Positions 34,371 through 43,748 are shown, numbered from the stretch's first letter. The stretch: DNA of 64,000 nucleotides from Candidatus Poriferisocius sp. (GCA_965208545.1 OZ242341.1:2015380-2079379); one strand, 5' to 3'. Numbers and translations are program-made. Notes: generated from the letters alone by a model not told the origin.

Positions 34371-35756
34371 ATGAGGATGCCGTCGCTGCCTCAGGGATTA
34401 GCCGCCAATGCGGCTCGGGGGGCAGGGCGGTTGTCGCAGCGGCTGGGGCGGGGCGGAGGCACCACGCTGCCCGGCCTGGTGCTCACCCGTTTGCGGCCCG
34501 AGGCCACCGCGGAGATGGCCCGCTCGGTTCCCGACGGCGTGATCATGCTTTCGGGGACCAACGGCAAGACCACCACCGCCCGGCTGGTTCGGGCCGCACT
34601 CGACGCCAGCGGCGCCCGGGTGGTGGCCAACACCGCTGGCTCCAACCTGGAGCGGGGGGTGGCCACCGCGCTGCTCAACGCCGATGGGGCCGAGGTAGCC
34701 CTGTTCGAGGCGGACGAAGCGGCCCTGCCGGGGCTAATGGCCCAGACCCAGCCGCGGGTGGTCACCCTGATGAACCTCTTCCGTGACCAGCTCGACCGCT
34801 ACGGGGAGTTGGAACACCTGGCGGATAGATGGCGGGACGCGGTGGACGAACTCGACCCGGCCACAACCGTGATCTACAACGCCGACGATCCCGCGGTGGC
34901 CGAGATCGCCGCCCGGCACCCCAACACCTTGTCTTACGGCATCGAAGACCCCCGCGTGGGCCGCGACCGCCTGCCCCACGCGGCCGACACCACCGAGTGC
35001 CGCCGCTGCGGGGCTTCGCTGCACTACGAGATGGTCACCATCGCCCACCTCGGCCGGTGGTCGTGTTCGAGGTGCGGTCTGGTCCGGCCCCAGCCCGACG
35101 TGGGGGCCACTCGGGTGGAGCTGCACGGGCTGGACGGCCAGCGGCTGGCCATCGACACCCCCCGGGGCCCGATCGAGCTGTCGCTGCGGCTGCCGGGAAT
35201 GCACAACTCCTACAACGCCCTGGCCGCCACCGCCACCTCTGTTGCCCTCAACCTCGGCCCGGAGGCCATCGGACCGGCGCTGGCCAAGCGGGAGGCGGCG
35301 TTCGGGCGGGCCGAGCGCACCCAGATCGGCTCGGTCAGGGTGACCACGCTGCTGGCCAAGAACCCCGCCGGGGCCAACGAGAACATCCGCACCATGCTGC
35401 TGGAGGACCACCCCCTGCACCTGTTGGTGCTGCTCAACGACCGCACCGCCGACGGCCAAGACGTGTCGTGGATCTGGGACGTGGACTACGAGCTGCTACT
35501 GGATAGCGGCCGGTTGGCATCGCTCACGGTGGGCGGCGACCGGGGCTACGACATGGCGCTGCGGTTCCGCTACGCCGGTTTCGACCCCGATCAGCTCTCG
35601 GTTGTCCCTTCGGTGTCGGCCGCGCTGGATGCCGCGCTGGGGGCCAGCGGGGCCGATGGCGATCTTTATGTGCTGCCCACCTACACCGCCCTGCTGGAGT
35701 TCCAGTCGGTGCTGGCCGCACGAGGCCTGGTGCCTGCCTTCTGGGAGGACCGATGA
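34371..35756 (+). CDS. murT: lipid II isoglutaminyl synthase, Mur-ligase subunit MurT
   Basis: Contains GTNGKTTT, the Cys4 ribbon CRRCG...CSRCG and a DUF1727-like C-terminus. It is followed by gatD with an overlapping stop and start. Confidence 0.8.
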   Translation: MRMPSLPQGLAANAARGAGRLSQRLGRGGGTTLPGLVLTRLRPEATAEMARSVPDGVIMLSGTNGKTTTARLVRAALDASGARVVANTAGSNLERGVATALLNADGAEVALFEADEAALPGLMAQTQPRVVTLMNLFRDQLDRYGELEHLADRWRDAVDELDPATTVIYNADDPAVAEIAARHPNTLSYGIEDPRVGRDRLPHAADTTECRRCGASLHYEMVTIAHLGRWSCSRCGLVRPQPDVGATRVELHGLDGQRLAIDTPRGPIELSLRLPGMHNSYNALAATATSVALNLGPEAIGPALAKREAAFGRAERTQIGSVRVTTLLAKNPAGANENIRTMLLEDHPLHLLVLLNDRTADGQDVSWIWDVDYELLLDSGRLASLTVGGDRGYDMALRFRYAGFDPDQLSVVPSVSAALDAALGASGADGDLYVLPTYTALLEFQSVLAARGLVPAFWEDR

Positions 35757-36499
35757 GCGTCGGGAGTCCCTCAGTCAGGCTGTGCCATCTGTATCCGGAT
35801 CACATGAACATCTACGCCGACCGGGGCAACATCGCAGTGTTCCGGCGGCGCCTGGAGTGGCGGGGGCTGTCTCTGGAGGTGGTGGAAGTCGGGCTCGGCG
35901 ACCCCATCGGTGGCGACTGCCACCTCTACTACCTGGGTGGTGGCCAAGACCGCGACCAGATGCTGGTGGCTGAGGACCTGGCCCAAAAGGCCGATCCGCT
36001 GCTTGATGCCGCCCGCGACGGCGCGGTGGTGCTCGGGGTGTGCGGCGGCTACCAGCTCTTGGGCCACAGCTATATGGCCGCTGACGGCCGACCGATGCCG
36101 GGAATCGGGCTATTGGATGTGGAGACCACCGCAGGAGCCAGCCGCCTCATCGGCGATGTGGTGCTGGAGGTGACCCTCAACGGCCTGACCCGCACGGTGG
36201 TCGGCTATGAGAACCACGCCGGGCGCACCCACCTGGGAGGGGGGTGTACTCCGCTGGGCCGCCTGCGCCGCGGACACGGCAACAACGGGGACGACCGTTG
36301 CGAGGGGGCGGTGGCCGGCCGCCGGGTGGGCACCTACCTGCACGGACCGCTTCTGCCCAAGAATCCCTGGCTGGCCGATATTCTGCTGGGCTGGGCCCTG
36401 GACCACGCCGGGCGCCCCGTGGAATTGGAACCGCTGGAAGACGACCTTGAGAAATCCGCCCACGCCGTTGCCGCCACCAGAGCAGGAAAGCGCAGATGA
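35753..36499 (+). CDS. gatD: lipid II isoglutaminyl synthase, glutaminase subunit GatD
   Basis: HLYPDHMNIYADRGN...VLGVCGGYQLLG (catalytic Cys). CobB/CobQ-type GATase. Confidence 0.8.
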   Translation: MSVGSPSVRLCHLYPDHMNIYADRGNIAVFRRRLEWRGLSLEVVEVGLGDPIGGDCHLYYLGGGQDRDQMLVAEDLAQKADPLLDAARDGAVVLGVCGGYQLLGHSYMAADGRPMPGIGLLDVETTAGASRLIGDVVLEVTLNGLTRTVVGYENHAGRTHLGGGCTPLGRLRRGHGNNGDDRCEGAVAGRRVGTYLHGPLLPKNPWLADILLGWALDHAGRPVELEPLEDDLEKSAHAVAATRAGKRR

Positions 36500-37452
36500 C
36501 CGAACAGACCACTAGCCGCCGGCCAATCATCATCGACACCGACCCCGGCCAGGACGACGCCATTGCCATCCTGGCCGCCCTGGCGTCAGATGAGCTGGAG
36601 GTGCTGGGCTTGACCGCAGTAGCCGGCAACGTGCCCCTGGAGCTGACCACCCGCAACGCCCTCATCCTCGTCGAGCTGGCCGGCCGCACCGACGTCCCCG
36701 TGTTCGCGGGCTGCGACCGTCCGCTGCGCCGGGATCTGGTCACCGCCGAGCACGTTCACGGCAAGACCGGTATCGACGGCGCCGACCTGCCCGATCCCAC
36801 AATTGCCCTGCAACCCCAGCCCGCAGTCGACTGGATGGCCGAGACGCTCTTGGCTGCCGGGGAGCGGGAGATAACCATCTGCCCGGTGGGGCCGATGACC
36901 AATGTGGCCACCGTTCTGGAGGCCGTCCCGGAGGCAGCCCGCAATATCCGGGAGATCGTCTGCATGGGGGGAGGGTTCTTCGACGGGGGCAATACCACTC
37001 CTACCGCGGAGTTCAACGTGTTCGTGGATCCCGAAGCGGCCCAGATCGTGCTTCACAGCGGCGCACCGGTCACCATGCTCCCCCTCGATGTGACCCACAA
37101 GGCGCTGATGACCGACGCCTGGATCAACCAGGTTCGGGATCTGGGAACCCGCACCGGGGCGGCCGCGGCGGGGATGCTGGACTTCTACGAGCGCTTCGAC
37201 GTGGACAAGTACGGCACCTTCGGCGGTCCTCTCCACGATCCCAACGTGATCGCCTATCTGCTGCGCCCCGACCTCTACAGCGGTCGCCATTGCAATGTGG
37301 AGGTGGAGACCGAATCCCCCCTCACCACGGGCATGACCGTGGTGGACTGGTGGGACGTCACCGACCGGCCGGCCAACTGCCAATACATCACCGAGGTGGA
37401 CTCCGACGGCTTCTACGAGTTGTTGTTGGAACTTCTGGCCCGCCTGCCCTGA
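36496..37452 (+). CDS. nucleoside hydrolase (IunH/Rih family)
   Basis: IIIDTDPGQDDAIAIL (DXDXXXDD). Confidence 0.85.
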   Translation: MTEQTTSRRPIIIDTDPGQDDAIAILAALASDELEVLGLTAVAGNVPLELTTRNALILVELAGRTDVPVFAGCDRPLRRDLVTAEHVHGKTGIDGADLPDPTIALQPQPAVDWMAETLLAAGEREITICPVGPMTNVATVLEAVPEAARNIREIVCMGGGFFDGGNTTPTAEFNVFVDPEAAQIVLHSGAPVTMLPLDVTHKALMTDAWINQVRDLGTRTGAAAAGMLDFYERFDVDKYGTFGGPLHDPNVIAYLLRPDLYSGRHCNVEVETESPLTTGMTVVDWWDVTDRPANCQYITEVDSDGFYELLLELLARLP

Positions 37453-37459
37453 TCCAGAG

Positions 37460-38632
37460 TCAGTCGGCGCTGGCCGCCAGCGCGTCGATCTCGGCGTCGT
37501 CGTAACCCAGCTCGGCCAGAATCTCCCGGGTGTGGTGGTTGGGTCGAACGGGGCCGGTTCCCACCGCGGCGGGGGTGTCGGAAAACGTGAGGGGCAGCCG
37601 CAGGACGGCGATCTCGCCGCCGTCGGGGTCGGGAACCGTTGAGTAGATGTTGAGGTGCTCCACCTGGGGATCGGCGAACGTCTCGTCCACCGCCAATACC
37701 GGCCCGCACGGGCATCCGGCCGCGTTTAGCCGCTCCACCCATTCGGCGGTGGTGGCGGTGGCCATGCGCTGTTCGATGATCTCGTCTAGTTCTCGGCGGT
37801 GGGCAGTGCGGGTATGGCGGTCGGCGAAACGGGGATCGTTTGCCAGCTCGGGGGCGCCCAGGGCTTCGGCAAAGGTCTCCCACCGCGACATCGGCGCCAC
37901 GTTGACGTGCCCGTCGGCGGTGGCGAACAAGCCCATCGGCACCACGGTGGGATGGTTGTTGCCCTCCTGGGGCGGAACTTCCCCGTCGGTCAACCAGCGC
38001 ACCGCCTGGAAGTCCATGAAGTTGATGGCCGCTTCCAGAAGCGAGGTGTGGACCCACTGACCCCGCCCGGTGCGCTCCCGGGCCACCAGCGCGGCCAACA
38101 CTCCCTGGGTGAGAAACGTGCCCGCCGCGGTGTCGGAGACGGCGATGCCCACCCGCCACGGCCCGCTCCCCGGCGGTCCGGTCACGCTCATCAGCCCGCT
38201 CAAACCCTGGGCGATCTGGTCCACCCCCGGACGGTTGGCGTAGGGCCCCTCCTGGCCGAAGCCCGAAATGCTGGCGTACACCAGCCGGGGGTTGCGGGCC
38301 GCCAACTCGTCGTAGCCGATGCCGAGGCGATCTTTTACGGCGGGCCGATAGTTCTCCACCACCACATCGGACCGATCGGCCAGCCGGTAGAAGGCCTCTC
38401 GTGCTCGGTCATCGGTCAGGTCGAGCTGCATCGACCGCTTGTTGCGCTGGAGGTTTTGATGGTCGGACCCGGTCAAAAGCTGGCGCTGGGGATCGACCAC
38501 ACAGATCACGTCGGCGCCCATATCGGCCAGTTGCCGGGTACAGGTAGGACCGGCCCGGGCCCGGGTTAGATCGATCACCCGCAGGCCGGCCAGCGGCCCG
38601 TTTCCCGGATCGGCGCGGTCGTACATCGACAT
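37460..38632 (-). CDS. CoA-transferase family III (CaiB/BaiF)
   Basis: PLAGLRVIDLTRARAGPTCTRQLADMGADVI... is a typical family III N-terminus. Confidence 0.85.
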   Translation of the reverse strand: MSMYDRADPGNGPLAGLRVIDLTRARAGPTCTRQLADMGADVICVVDPQRQLLTGSDHQNLQRNKRSMQLDLTDDRAREAFYRLADRSDVVVENYRPAVKDRLGIGYDELAARNPRLVYASISGFGQEGPYANRPGVDQIAQGLSGLMSVTGPPGSGPWRVGIAVSDTAAGTFLTQGVLAALVARERTGRGQWVHTSLLEAAINFMDFQAVRWLTDGEVPPQEGNNHPTVVPMGLFATADGHVNVAPMSRWETFAEALGAPELANDPRFADRHTRTAHRRELDEIIEQRMATATTAEWVERLNAAGCPCGPVLAVDETFADPQVEHLNIYSTVPDPDGGEIAVLRLPLTFSDTPAAVGTGPVRPNHHTREILAELGYDDAEIDALAASAD

Positions 38633-38649
38633 CGTGCTACTACTAACCG

Positions 38650-39447
38650 ATGGCCCAGACAGTGGAAACCGGCACCGACAAGCTGATCGCCGAGGTCGAG
38701 GGCGCGGTGGGCCGCATCGTGTTTAACAATCCCGAGCGGCACAACGCCATCACCACCGACATGTTCGCGGCGCTGGCCGCCGTTGTCGACGCCTACGAGC
38801 AAGACGCCGAGATCCGGGTGGTGGTTGTCTCCGGCGCCGGGGGCCGGGCCTTCGCCTCCGGCGCCGACATCGGAAACCTGGACTCGGCTCGAGGTCCGAG
38901 CCGCAACCCCTCCCCCGACGATGCCCGCACCAGCCGAGGACCGGCTGCTCTCGGCCGCCTTTCCAAGCCGCTGATCGCCGCGGTGGACGGGTATTGCCTG
39001 GGCGGTGGGCTGCTGGTGGCCCTGCACGGCGATCTGCTGGTGGCCACCGACCGCTCGCAGTTCGGCATCCCCGCCGCCCGCTTGGGGGTGGGCTATCCCA
39101 TCGAGGGGGTGGAGCAGCTGGTGGGCCGGGTGGGCGACGCCAACGCGGCGCTCATCTTGATGACCGGGAATCGGTTCGGTGCCGAGAAGGCGGCCAGCAT
39201 GGGCTTGGCCCACAAGGTTGTGCCTGCCGACGAACTCGACGACGAGGTCGAGCAGCTCTGCTCTCGCCTGGTGGCCAATGCCCCTCTAACTCTGCGGGCC
39301 GTCAAGCTATCTATCGCCACGGCCGCCGGCCGGGGGGATCGACAGGCGGCCCTGGACGCCATCGCCGATTGCTGGGCCAGCGAGGATTTCGCCGAGGGCC
39401 GGGCTGCCTTTTCTGAGCACCGCGAACCCCGTTTTCAGGGACGCTGA
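38650..39447 (+). CDS. enoyl-CoA hydratase/isomerase family protein
   Basis: VVVSGAGGRAFASGADI...PLIAAVDGYCLGGG. Confidence 0.85.
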   Translation: MAQTVETGTDKLIAEVEGAVGRIVFNNPERHNAITTDMFAALAAVVDAYEQDAEIRVVVVSGAGGRAFASGADIGNLDSARGPSRNPSPDDARTSRGPAALGRLSKPLIAAVDGYCLGGGLLVALHGDLLVATDRSQFGIPAARLGVGYPIEGVEQLVGRVGDANAALILMTGNRFGAEKAASMGLAHKVVPADELDDEVEQLCSRLVANAPLTLRAVKLSIATAAGRGDRQAALDAIADCWASEDFAEGRAAFSEHREPRFQGR

Positions 39448-39470
39448 TCATAGAATCAGCCTCTACAAGT

Positions 39471-40031
39471 ATGTCTTCGGTTGCCGTCTTCTTCGTCTTT
39501 CTGCTGATCATGCTGGCGCTGGCCACCCTGGCCATCATCTTGGACTGGATGGGCAAGCCGATCCGCCGCTCATTCCGCCCCCGCACCACCGGCACGCCTG
39601 CCTGGGTGATGGTGGACGCCCCTGCGCCGCCGGAGAGTCCCGAAACCGCCTCAGAGCCTCCCGTCGAACAGCCCGCCGAGTTCCCCGCCCTCAACCCCGC
39701 TCCCCTGCCCGAGGAGCCAATCCCGTCGGGGCCGTGGCAGGCGGGCGAGTCCATCTTCAAGCTCACCCCCCGGGGAACCCCTCCGTCGATCACCGCCGTG
39801 CGCCGCCGCTACTGGAAGAACTTGTCCGAGCGCCCCTCCTCTGCGGTGTTCGGCGAGGACAACCGGACGCTGATGGCTGTGGGCCAAGCACCCCAGCGTT
39901 TCAACCCCCGGACCGGCGCCATTGAGGAATTGAGCCTGCCCGAGTCCATGCTGCGCTACTGCTGGGCCGCCAAGCGAAGGCCCACCCCCACTTGGGAAGA
40001 CCAAGGCCTCGACCCCTTTGCCCGGCCATGA
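39471..40031 (+). CDS. hypothetical membrane-tethered protein
   Basis: One N-terminal TM helix (VAVFFVFLLIMLALATLAIILDW), a basic patch, a Pro/Glu-rich linker, and a ~90-aa C-terminal domain. I could recognise no family. Confidence 0.5.
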   Translation: MSSVAVFFVFLLIMLALATLAIILDWMGKPIRRSFRPRTTGTPAWVMVDAPAPPESPETASEPPVEQPAEFPALNPAPLPEEPIPSGPWQAGESIFKLTPRGTPPSITAVRRRYWKNLSERPSSAVFGEDNRTLMAVGQAPQRFNPRTGAIEELSLPESMLRYCWAAKRRPTPTWEDQGLDPFARP

Positions 40032-40041
40032 CGGAGGGACC

Positions 40042-40500
40042 GTGACCGCCAATCCCACCCTCAGCGACCTGTTTGCCGACGGGGCCGAGACCGTTGAACA
40101 CCGCGGGCGAGACGTCCGCCCGGTACTTCGCTTAGCAGCATCGGAGGGAACCAAGGTGCGGGTGACGCGCATCGCCGCCCGGCCTGATCGCCGCCAAGCC
40201 CTCAAGCTGGCCGCGGTGAACGGGCTCCTCGAGGTGAACGGGGCCACCTCCGAGGTCATCTCGCTCTGGTCCGACACCAGCCCCGACGACGTAGAGCTGA
40301 CCGTGATCGGCGCCAAATCCCGGCGATTGGAGGTGTGGAACGCCTGGGATCTGGGCGGCCTGGAGACGGCTTGGCTGGGCAACGCCGGGTTGGTCGTGGA
40401 GCAGGCAGAGCGCTACCTGACCCTGCATTGCAGCGACGGACTCGGTCCCCCCAGCTTCACCGACCTCCAAGTGCGCCTTTCGGTGGCCCAGCCGGGCTGA
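40042..40500 (+). CDS. hypothetical soluble protein (paired with 39471..40031)
   Basis: The ORF is open from TTG 40018. GTG 40042 avoids overlap with the upstream gene. I could recognise no family. Confidence 0.45.
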   Translation: MTANPTLSDLFADGAETVEHRGRDVRPVLRLAASEGTKVRVTRIAARPDRRQALKLAAVNGLLEVNGATSEVISLWSDTSPDDVELTVIGAKSRRLEVWNAWDLGGLETAWLGNAGLVVEQAERYLTLHCSDGLGPPSFTDLQVRLSVAQPG

Positions 40501-40512
40501 TTCGGGGCAAGC

Positions 40513-41775
40513 TTGAGCATGGCCATATCGCTGGACGATCTCACCGCTGACACCTCCTTCACCCAACACGTCAAGGGCCAGGTGACGTTCTTGCCAGAGC
40601 CCGAGCGAGCCGACCGGTGGACGCCGATGATCTCAGTGGACGACCACATCGTGGAGCCCCCCGGGGCCTTTGCCGACCGGTTCCCGGCCAAATACGCCGA
40701 TGACGCCCCCCGGGTGGCCACCCTCGACGACGGATCGGAGACGTGGCTGTATGCCGGGCACTCGCTGCCCAACGTGGGGTTCAACGCCGTGGTGGGCCGG
40801 CCAGTGAGCGAGTACAGCTTCGAGCCAACCCGCTTCGAGGACATGCGCCAGGGCTCATGGGACATCGACGCCCGGATTTCCGACATGGACCTCAACGGGG
40901 TCTACGCCTCGCTGTGCTTCCCGTCGTTTCTGCCCGGCTTCTGCGGACAGCGGTTCCAACAGCTGACCGACGACCCCGAACTGGCCCTGGCCGCGGTTCG
41001 GGCCTGGAACGACTGGAACATCGAGGAATGGTCCGGGGCCTATCCCGATCGCATGATCCCGTGCCAGATCACCTACTTCCTCGACCCCGAGGTGGGCGCA
41101 GCCGAGGTGTACCGCAACGCTGAGCGGGGCTACCGGGCCATCAGCTTCTCCGAGGCCCCCCATTCTCTGGGGTTCCCCTCGCTGCACTCCGGCCACTGGG
41201 ATCCGATCATGGCCGCCTGCGAGGAGACTGAGACGGTGGTGTGCCTGCATGTCGGCTCCTCGGGCACCTCGCCGGCCACCTCGCCCGATGCCCCCTCCGA
41301 CACCGTGGGGGTGCTGTTCTTCGGCTACGCCATGTTCGCCGCGGTGGATTGGCTGTACTCCAAGATCCCAGTGCGCTTTCCCAACATCAAGATCGCCCTC
41401 AGCGAGGGGGGCCTTGGCTGGGTGGCCGGGCTGTTGGACCGCCTGGAGCACGTCCGCAAGTACGACTCCATGTACGGCACCTGGAATGATGTGGAGCTCT
41501 CACCCGCCGACACCCTGCGCCGCAACTTCTGGTTCTGCGCCATCGACGACCCCTCGGCTTTCGACCAGCGCCACTACATGGGCCTGGAGAACCTGATGGT
41601 GGAGTCGGACTACCCCCACGCCGACTCCACCTGGCCCAACACCCAGGAACTGCTCCGCCAACAGCTCAGCGGCATCCCCGCCGACGAGGTGGCCCGCATC
41701 TGCTGGGCCAACGCCAGCGAGCTCTTCCGCCACCCCGTCCCCGACTCGGTTGTCAACGACCCCAACAGCTTTTAG
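40513..41775 (+). CDS. amidohydrolase-2 family protein (ACMSD-like metal-dependent hydrolase/decarboxylase)
   Basis: ISVDDHIVEP...ESDYPHADSTWP. Confidence 0.8.
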   Translation: MSMAISLDDLTADTSFTQHVKGQVTFLPEPERADRWTPMISVDDHIVEPPGAFADRFPAKYADDAPRVATLDDGSETWLYAGHSLPNVGFNAVVGRPVSEYSFEPTRFEDMRQGSWDIDARISDMDLNGVYASLCFPSFLPGFCGQRFQQLTDDPELALAAVRAWNDWNIEEWSGAYPDRMIPCQITYFLDPEVGAAEVYRNAERGYRAISFSEAPHSLGFPSLHSGHWDPIMAACEETETVVCLHVGSSGTSPATSPDAPSDTVGVLFFGYAMFAAVDWLYSKIPVRFPNIKIALSEGGLGWVAGLLDRLEHVRKYDSMYGTWNDVELSPADTLRRNFWFCAIDDPSAFDQRHYMGLENLMVESDYPHADSTWPNTQELLRQQLSGIPADEVARICWANASELFRHPVPDSVVNDPNSF

Positions 41776-41848
41776 GGCCCGCTTAGCCGCCGCCGGTTGC
41801 TGCTGGAATGTTGTTGTCGTGCGCAAGTGGATTGGTTAGGATGCTCCC

Positions 41849-41923
41849 GGTGGAGCTGGGGGGGATCGAACCCCCGCGGTCAGTTGTCAAATCTGGCACC
41901 GCCCCGACCAACCGGGCAGCCCC
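41849..41923 (-). ncRNA. tRNA-like element with Ala-type acceptor (G3:U70) and a canonical T arm but non-canonical D and anticodon arms. It may be a pseudo-tRNA or a tmRNA-TLD-like RNA.
   Basis: Minus strand reads GGGGCUGCCCGGUUGGUCGGGGCGGUGCCAGAUUUGACAACUGACCGCGGGGGUUCGAUCCCCCCCAGCUCCACC. Acceptor GGGGCUG/CAGCUCC, T arm GGGGG-UUCGAUC-CCCCC. I could fold no standard anticodon arm. Confidence 0.4.
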
Positions 41924-41950
41924 TTGAGGAGAGAGCATCGCTTTCTCCTA

Positions 41951-41989
41951 GGGCCGCACCGGGTCTGTGCACGAGACCCGGTGCGGCCC
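41951..41989. other. perfect 16-bp inverted repeat with a 7-nt loop
   Basis: GGGCCGCACCGGGTCT-GTGCACG-AGACCCGGTGCGGCCC. On the minus strand it would form the 5' end of the tRNA-like transcript. On the plus strand it could act as a terminator (followed by TTAGTATTGT). Confidence 0.6.
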
Positions 41990-41994
41990 TTAGT

Positions 41995-42023
41995 ATTGTA
42001 CGGACAAACACTGCATTACTCAA
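41995..42023 (-). promoter_or_regulatory. candidate sigma-70-type promoter TTGAGT-17 nt-TACAAT driving the tRNA-like element
   Basis: Minus strand reads atgaatgTTGAGTaatgcagtgtttgtccgTACAATactaaGGG. The predicted +1 is at the first G of the 16-bp hairpin. Confidence 0.45.
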
Positions 42024-42095
42024 CATTCATTCTTATAGATTGAAATATATTGATATGGAGACTCTGCCCTGAGCGACCTATCCGCTGATCCTGAG

Positions 42096-43748
42096 GTGGC
42101 TGCCGCGTATGTGGCGGCGGGGTGGTGGGGGCACGACACGCCCACCGACCTGATTCGGCGCAACGCGGCCGAGCGGCCTGATGACACTGCGTATGTCACG
42201 TGGAGTCGGCCGACCGGAGGGACAGGAGACAATCTGGGCAGCATCGATCGGACAACGTGGGCGGGCTATGACCGGTTGTCGGATCGGGTGGCGGCGGCGC
42301 TGTTGGCGGCGGGGCTGGATCGGGGCGACCGGGCGGCGGTGATCTTGCCCGATAGCGCCGCGGTCCACGCGGCGTTCACCGGGGCCGACAAGGCCGGAGT
42401 GGTGGTCATGGGGATCGGACACCGGGCCGGGCCGGCCGAAATCGCCCACCTGGTTGAGAAGTCCGGGGCCCGGGCTGTCATCACCGGGACCGCCCATAGA
42501 GGGCGTCCGGCCGGGGAATCGGTAACTGAGTTACGTCAAGGCCTGCCCGCCCTCGCCCACCACATCGCCATCGACGGCCTCGGCCAGGATGCCGCCCTGT
42601 TCTTGAATGGCGAGCCCGCCCCTGGGCCAGAAACGGTGCTCAAGTTTGGCGAAGCCGTGGAGGGCCGTCGTCTGGGGGCCTCGGAGCTGTGCTTGCTTAA
42701 CTCCACATCGGGCACCACCGGCCTGCCCAAGTGCGTGATGCAGACCCACAACCGCTGGTTCTACTTCCACCAGAAGGCAGTGGAGTACAGCGGGCTGGGG
42801 ACCGACGAGGTTTTCTGCGTGCCGGTGCCCGCGCCGTTCGGCTTCGGGCTGTGGACCGCCCACTACACCCCCACCATTTTGGGCGTGCCCACCGTGGTGA
42901 TGGCCGAATTCGACGCCGCGGCGCTGTTGCGGCTCATCGAGGCCGAGAGGGTGACCGTGCTGTGCGCCGTCACCACCCAGTTCATCATGATGCTCAACTC
43001 CCCTGCCTTCGACGACCACGACCTGTCGTCGCTGCGGCTGATGTTCACCGGGGGCGAGGCCATCCCCTATCAGCGGGCCGCCGAGTTCGAGGACCGCACC
43101 GGCTGCACGGTGCTGAACTTCTACGGCTCCAATGAGACCGGGATGCTGAGCGGGACCCGCTTGAGCGACCCGCGGTCGGCCCGGCTGCGCACTGGGGGCA
43201 AGTGCGAGCCCGAGATGGACTGCGCGTTGTACGACCCCGACGACGGGCAGCGGCTTCCCGAGCTGCGGGGCCGGGGCCAGCCCGCCTGCCGGGGGCCGGC
43301 CACCGCCTTGGGCTACTACGACGACGACAAGGCCAACACCGAGCTGATGACCGACGACGGCCGGATGCTGATGGGCGACATCGTGGAGATCGACGACAAT
43401 GGCTATTTGCGGGTGGTGGGCCGCACGTCGGACTTCATCATCCGAGGGGGTAAGAACATCAGCGCCCCCGCGGTGGAAGACGAGGTGATGACCCACGCGG
43501 CGGTGGCCATGGTGGCCGCGGTGGCCGCGCCCGACCCGGTGTTCGGCGAGCGGGTGGCCGCCTACGTGGAGCTGGTTCCCGGCACCAGCCTGGACTTGGA
43601 CGGGCTCCGGGAACATCTGGGCGAGCGAGGCGTGTCCCGGGAGTGGTGGCCCGAGCACCTCTTCGTGGTCGATGCCCTGCCCCGGTCATCGGGGGGCAAG
43701 GTGGCCAAGGGCCAGCTCAAGAAGGACGCCGCCGTCCGGCTGGCCTAG
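42096..43748 (+). CDS. acyl-CoA synthetase / AMP-binding enzyme
   Basis: LNSTSGTTGLPKCV (AMP-binding motif I), GEAIP, YGSNETG, and a C-terminal SSGGKVAKG. Confidence 0.85.
   Translation: MAAAYVAAGWWGHDTPTDLIRRNAAERPDDTAYVTWSRPTGGTGDNLGSIDRTTWAGYDRLSDRVAAALLAAGLDRGDRAAVILPDSAAVHAAFTGADKAGVVVMGIGHRAGPAEIAHLVEKSGARAVITGTAHRGRPAGESVTELRQGLPALAHHIAIDGLGQDAALFLNGEPAPGPETVLKFGEAVEGRRLGASELCLLNSTSGTTGLPKCVMQTHNRWFYFHQKAVEYSGLGTDEVFCVPVPAPFGFGLWTAHYTPTILGVPTVVMAEFDAAALLRLIEAERVTVLCAVTTQFIMMLNSPAFDDHDLSSLRLMFTGGEAIPYQRAAEFEDRTGCTVLNFYGSNETGMLSGTRLSDPRSARLRTGGKCEPEMDCALYDPDDGQRLPELRGRGQPACRGPATALGYYDDDKANTELMTDDGRMLMGDIVEIDDNGYLRVVGRTSDFIIRGGKNISAPAVEDEVMTHAAVAMVAAVAAPDPVFGERVAAYVELVPGTSLDLDGLREHLGERGVSREWWPEHLFVVDALPRSSGGKVAKGQLKKDAAVRLA

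Noticed and set aside
41783-41938. 51-codon minus-strand ORF with a good AGGAGA-N5-ATG start, running through the tRNA-like element
   Set aside because: Its third-position GC (about 67% by hand count) looks clearly lower than in neighbouring genes, and I recognise no family. It cannot be excluded, so it is listed as the alternative hypothesis in the tRNA-like finding.
41849-42230. Full-length tmRNA (ssrA) on the minus strand
   Set aside because: I considered it because of GGGGCUG...GGGGGUUCGAUCCCCC-CAGCUCCACC. However, the 5' and 3' acceptor halves are only 73 nt apart, there is no tag ORF or pseudoknot region, and the acyl-CoA synthetase gene begins at 42096. It is kept only as a tRNA-like element.
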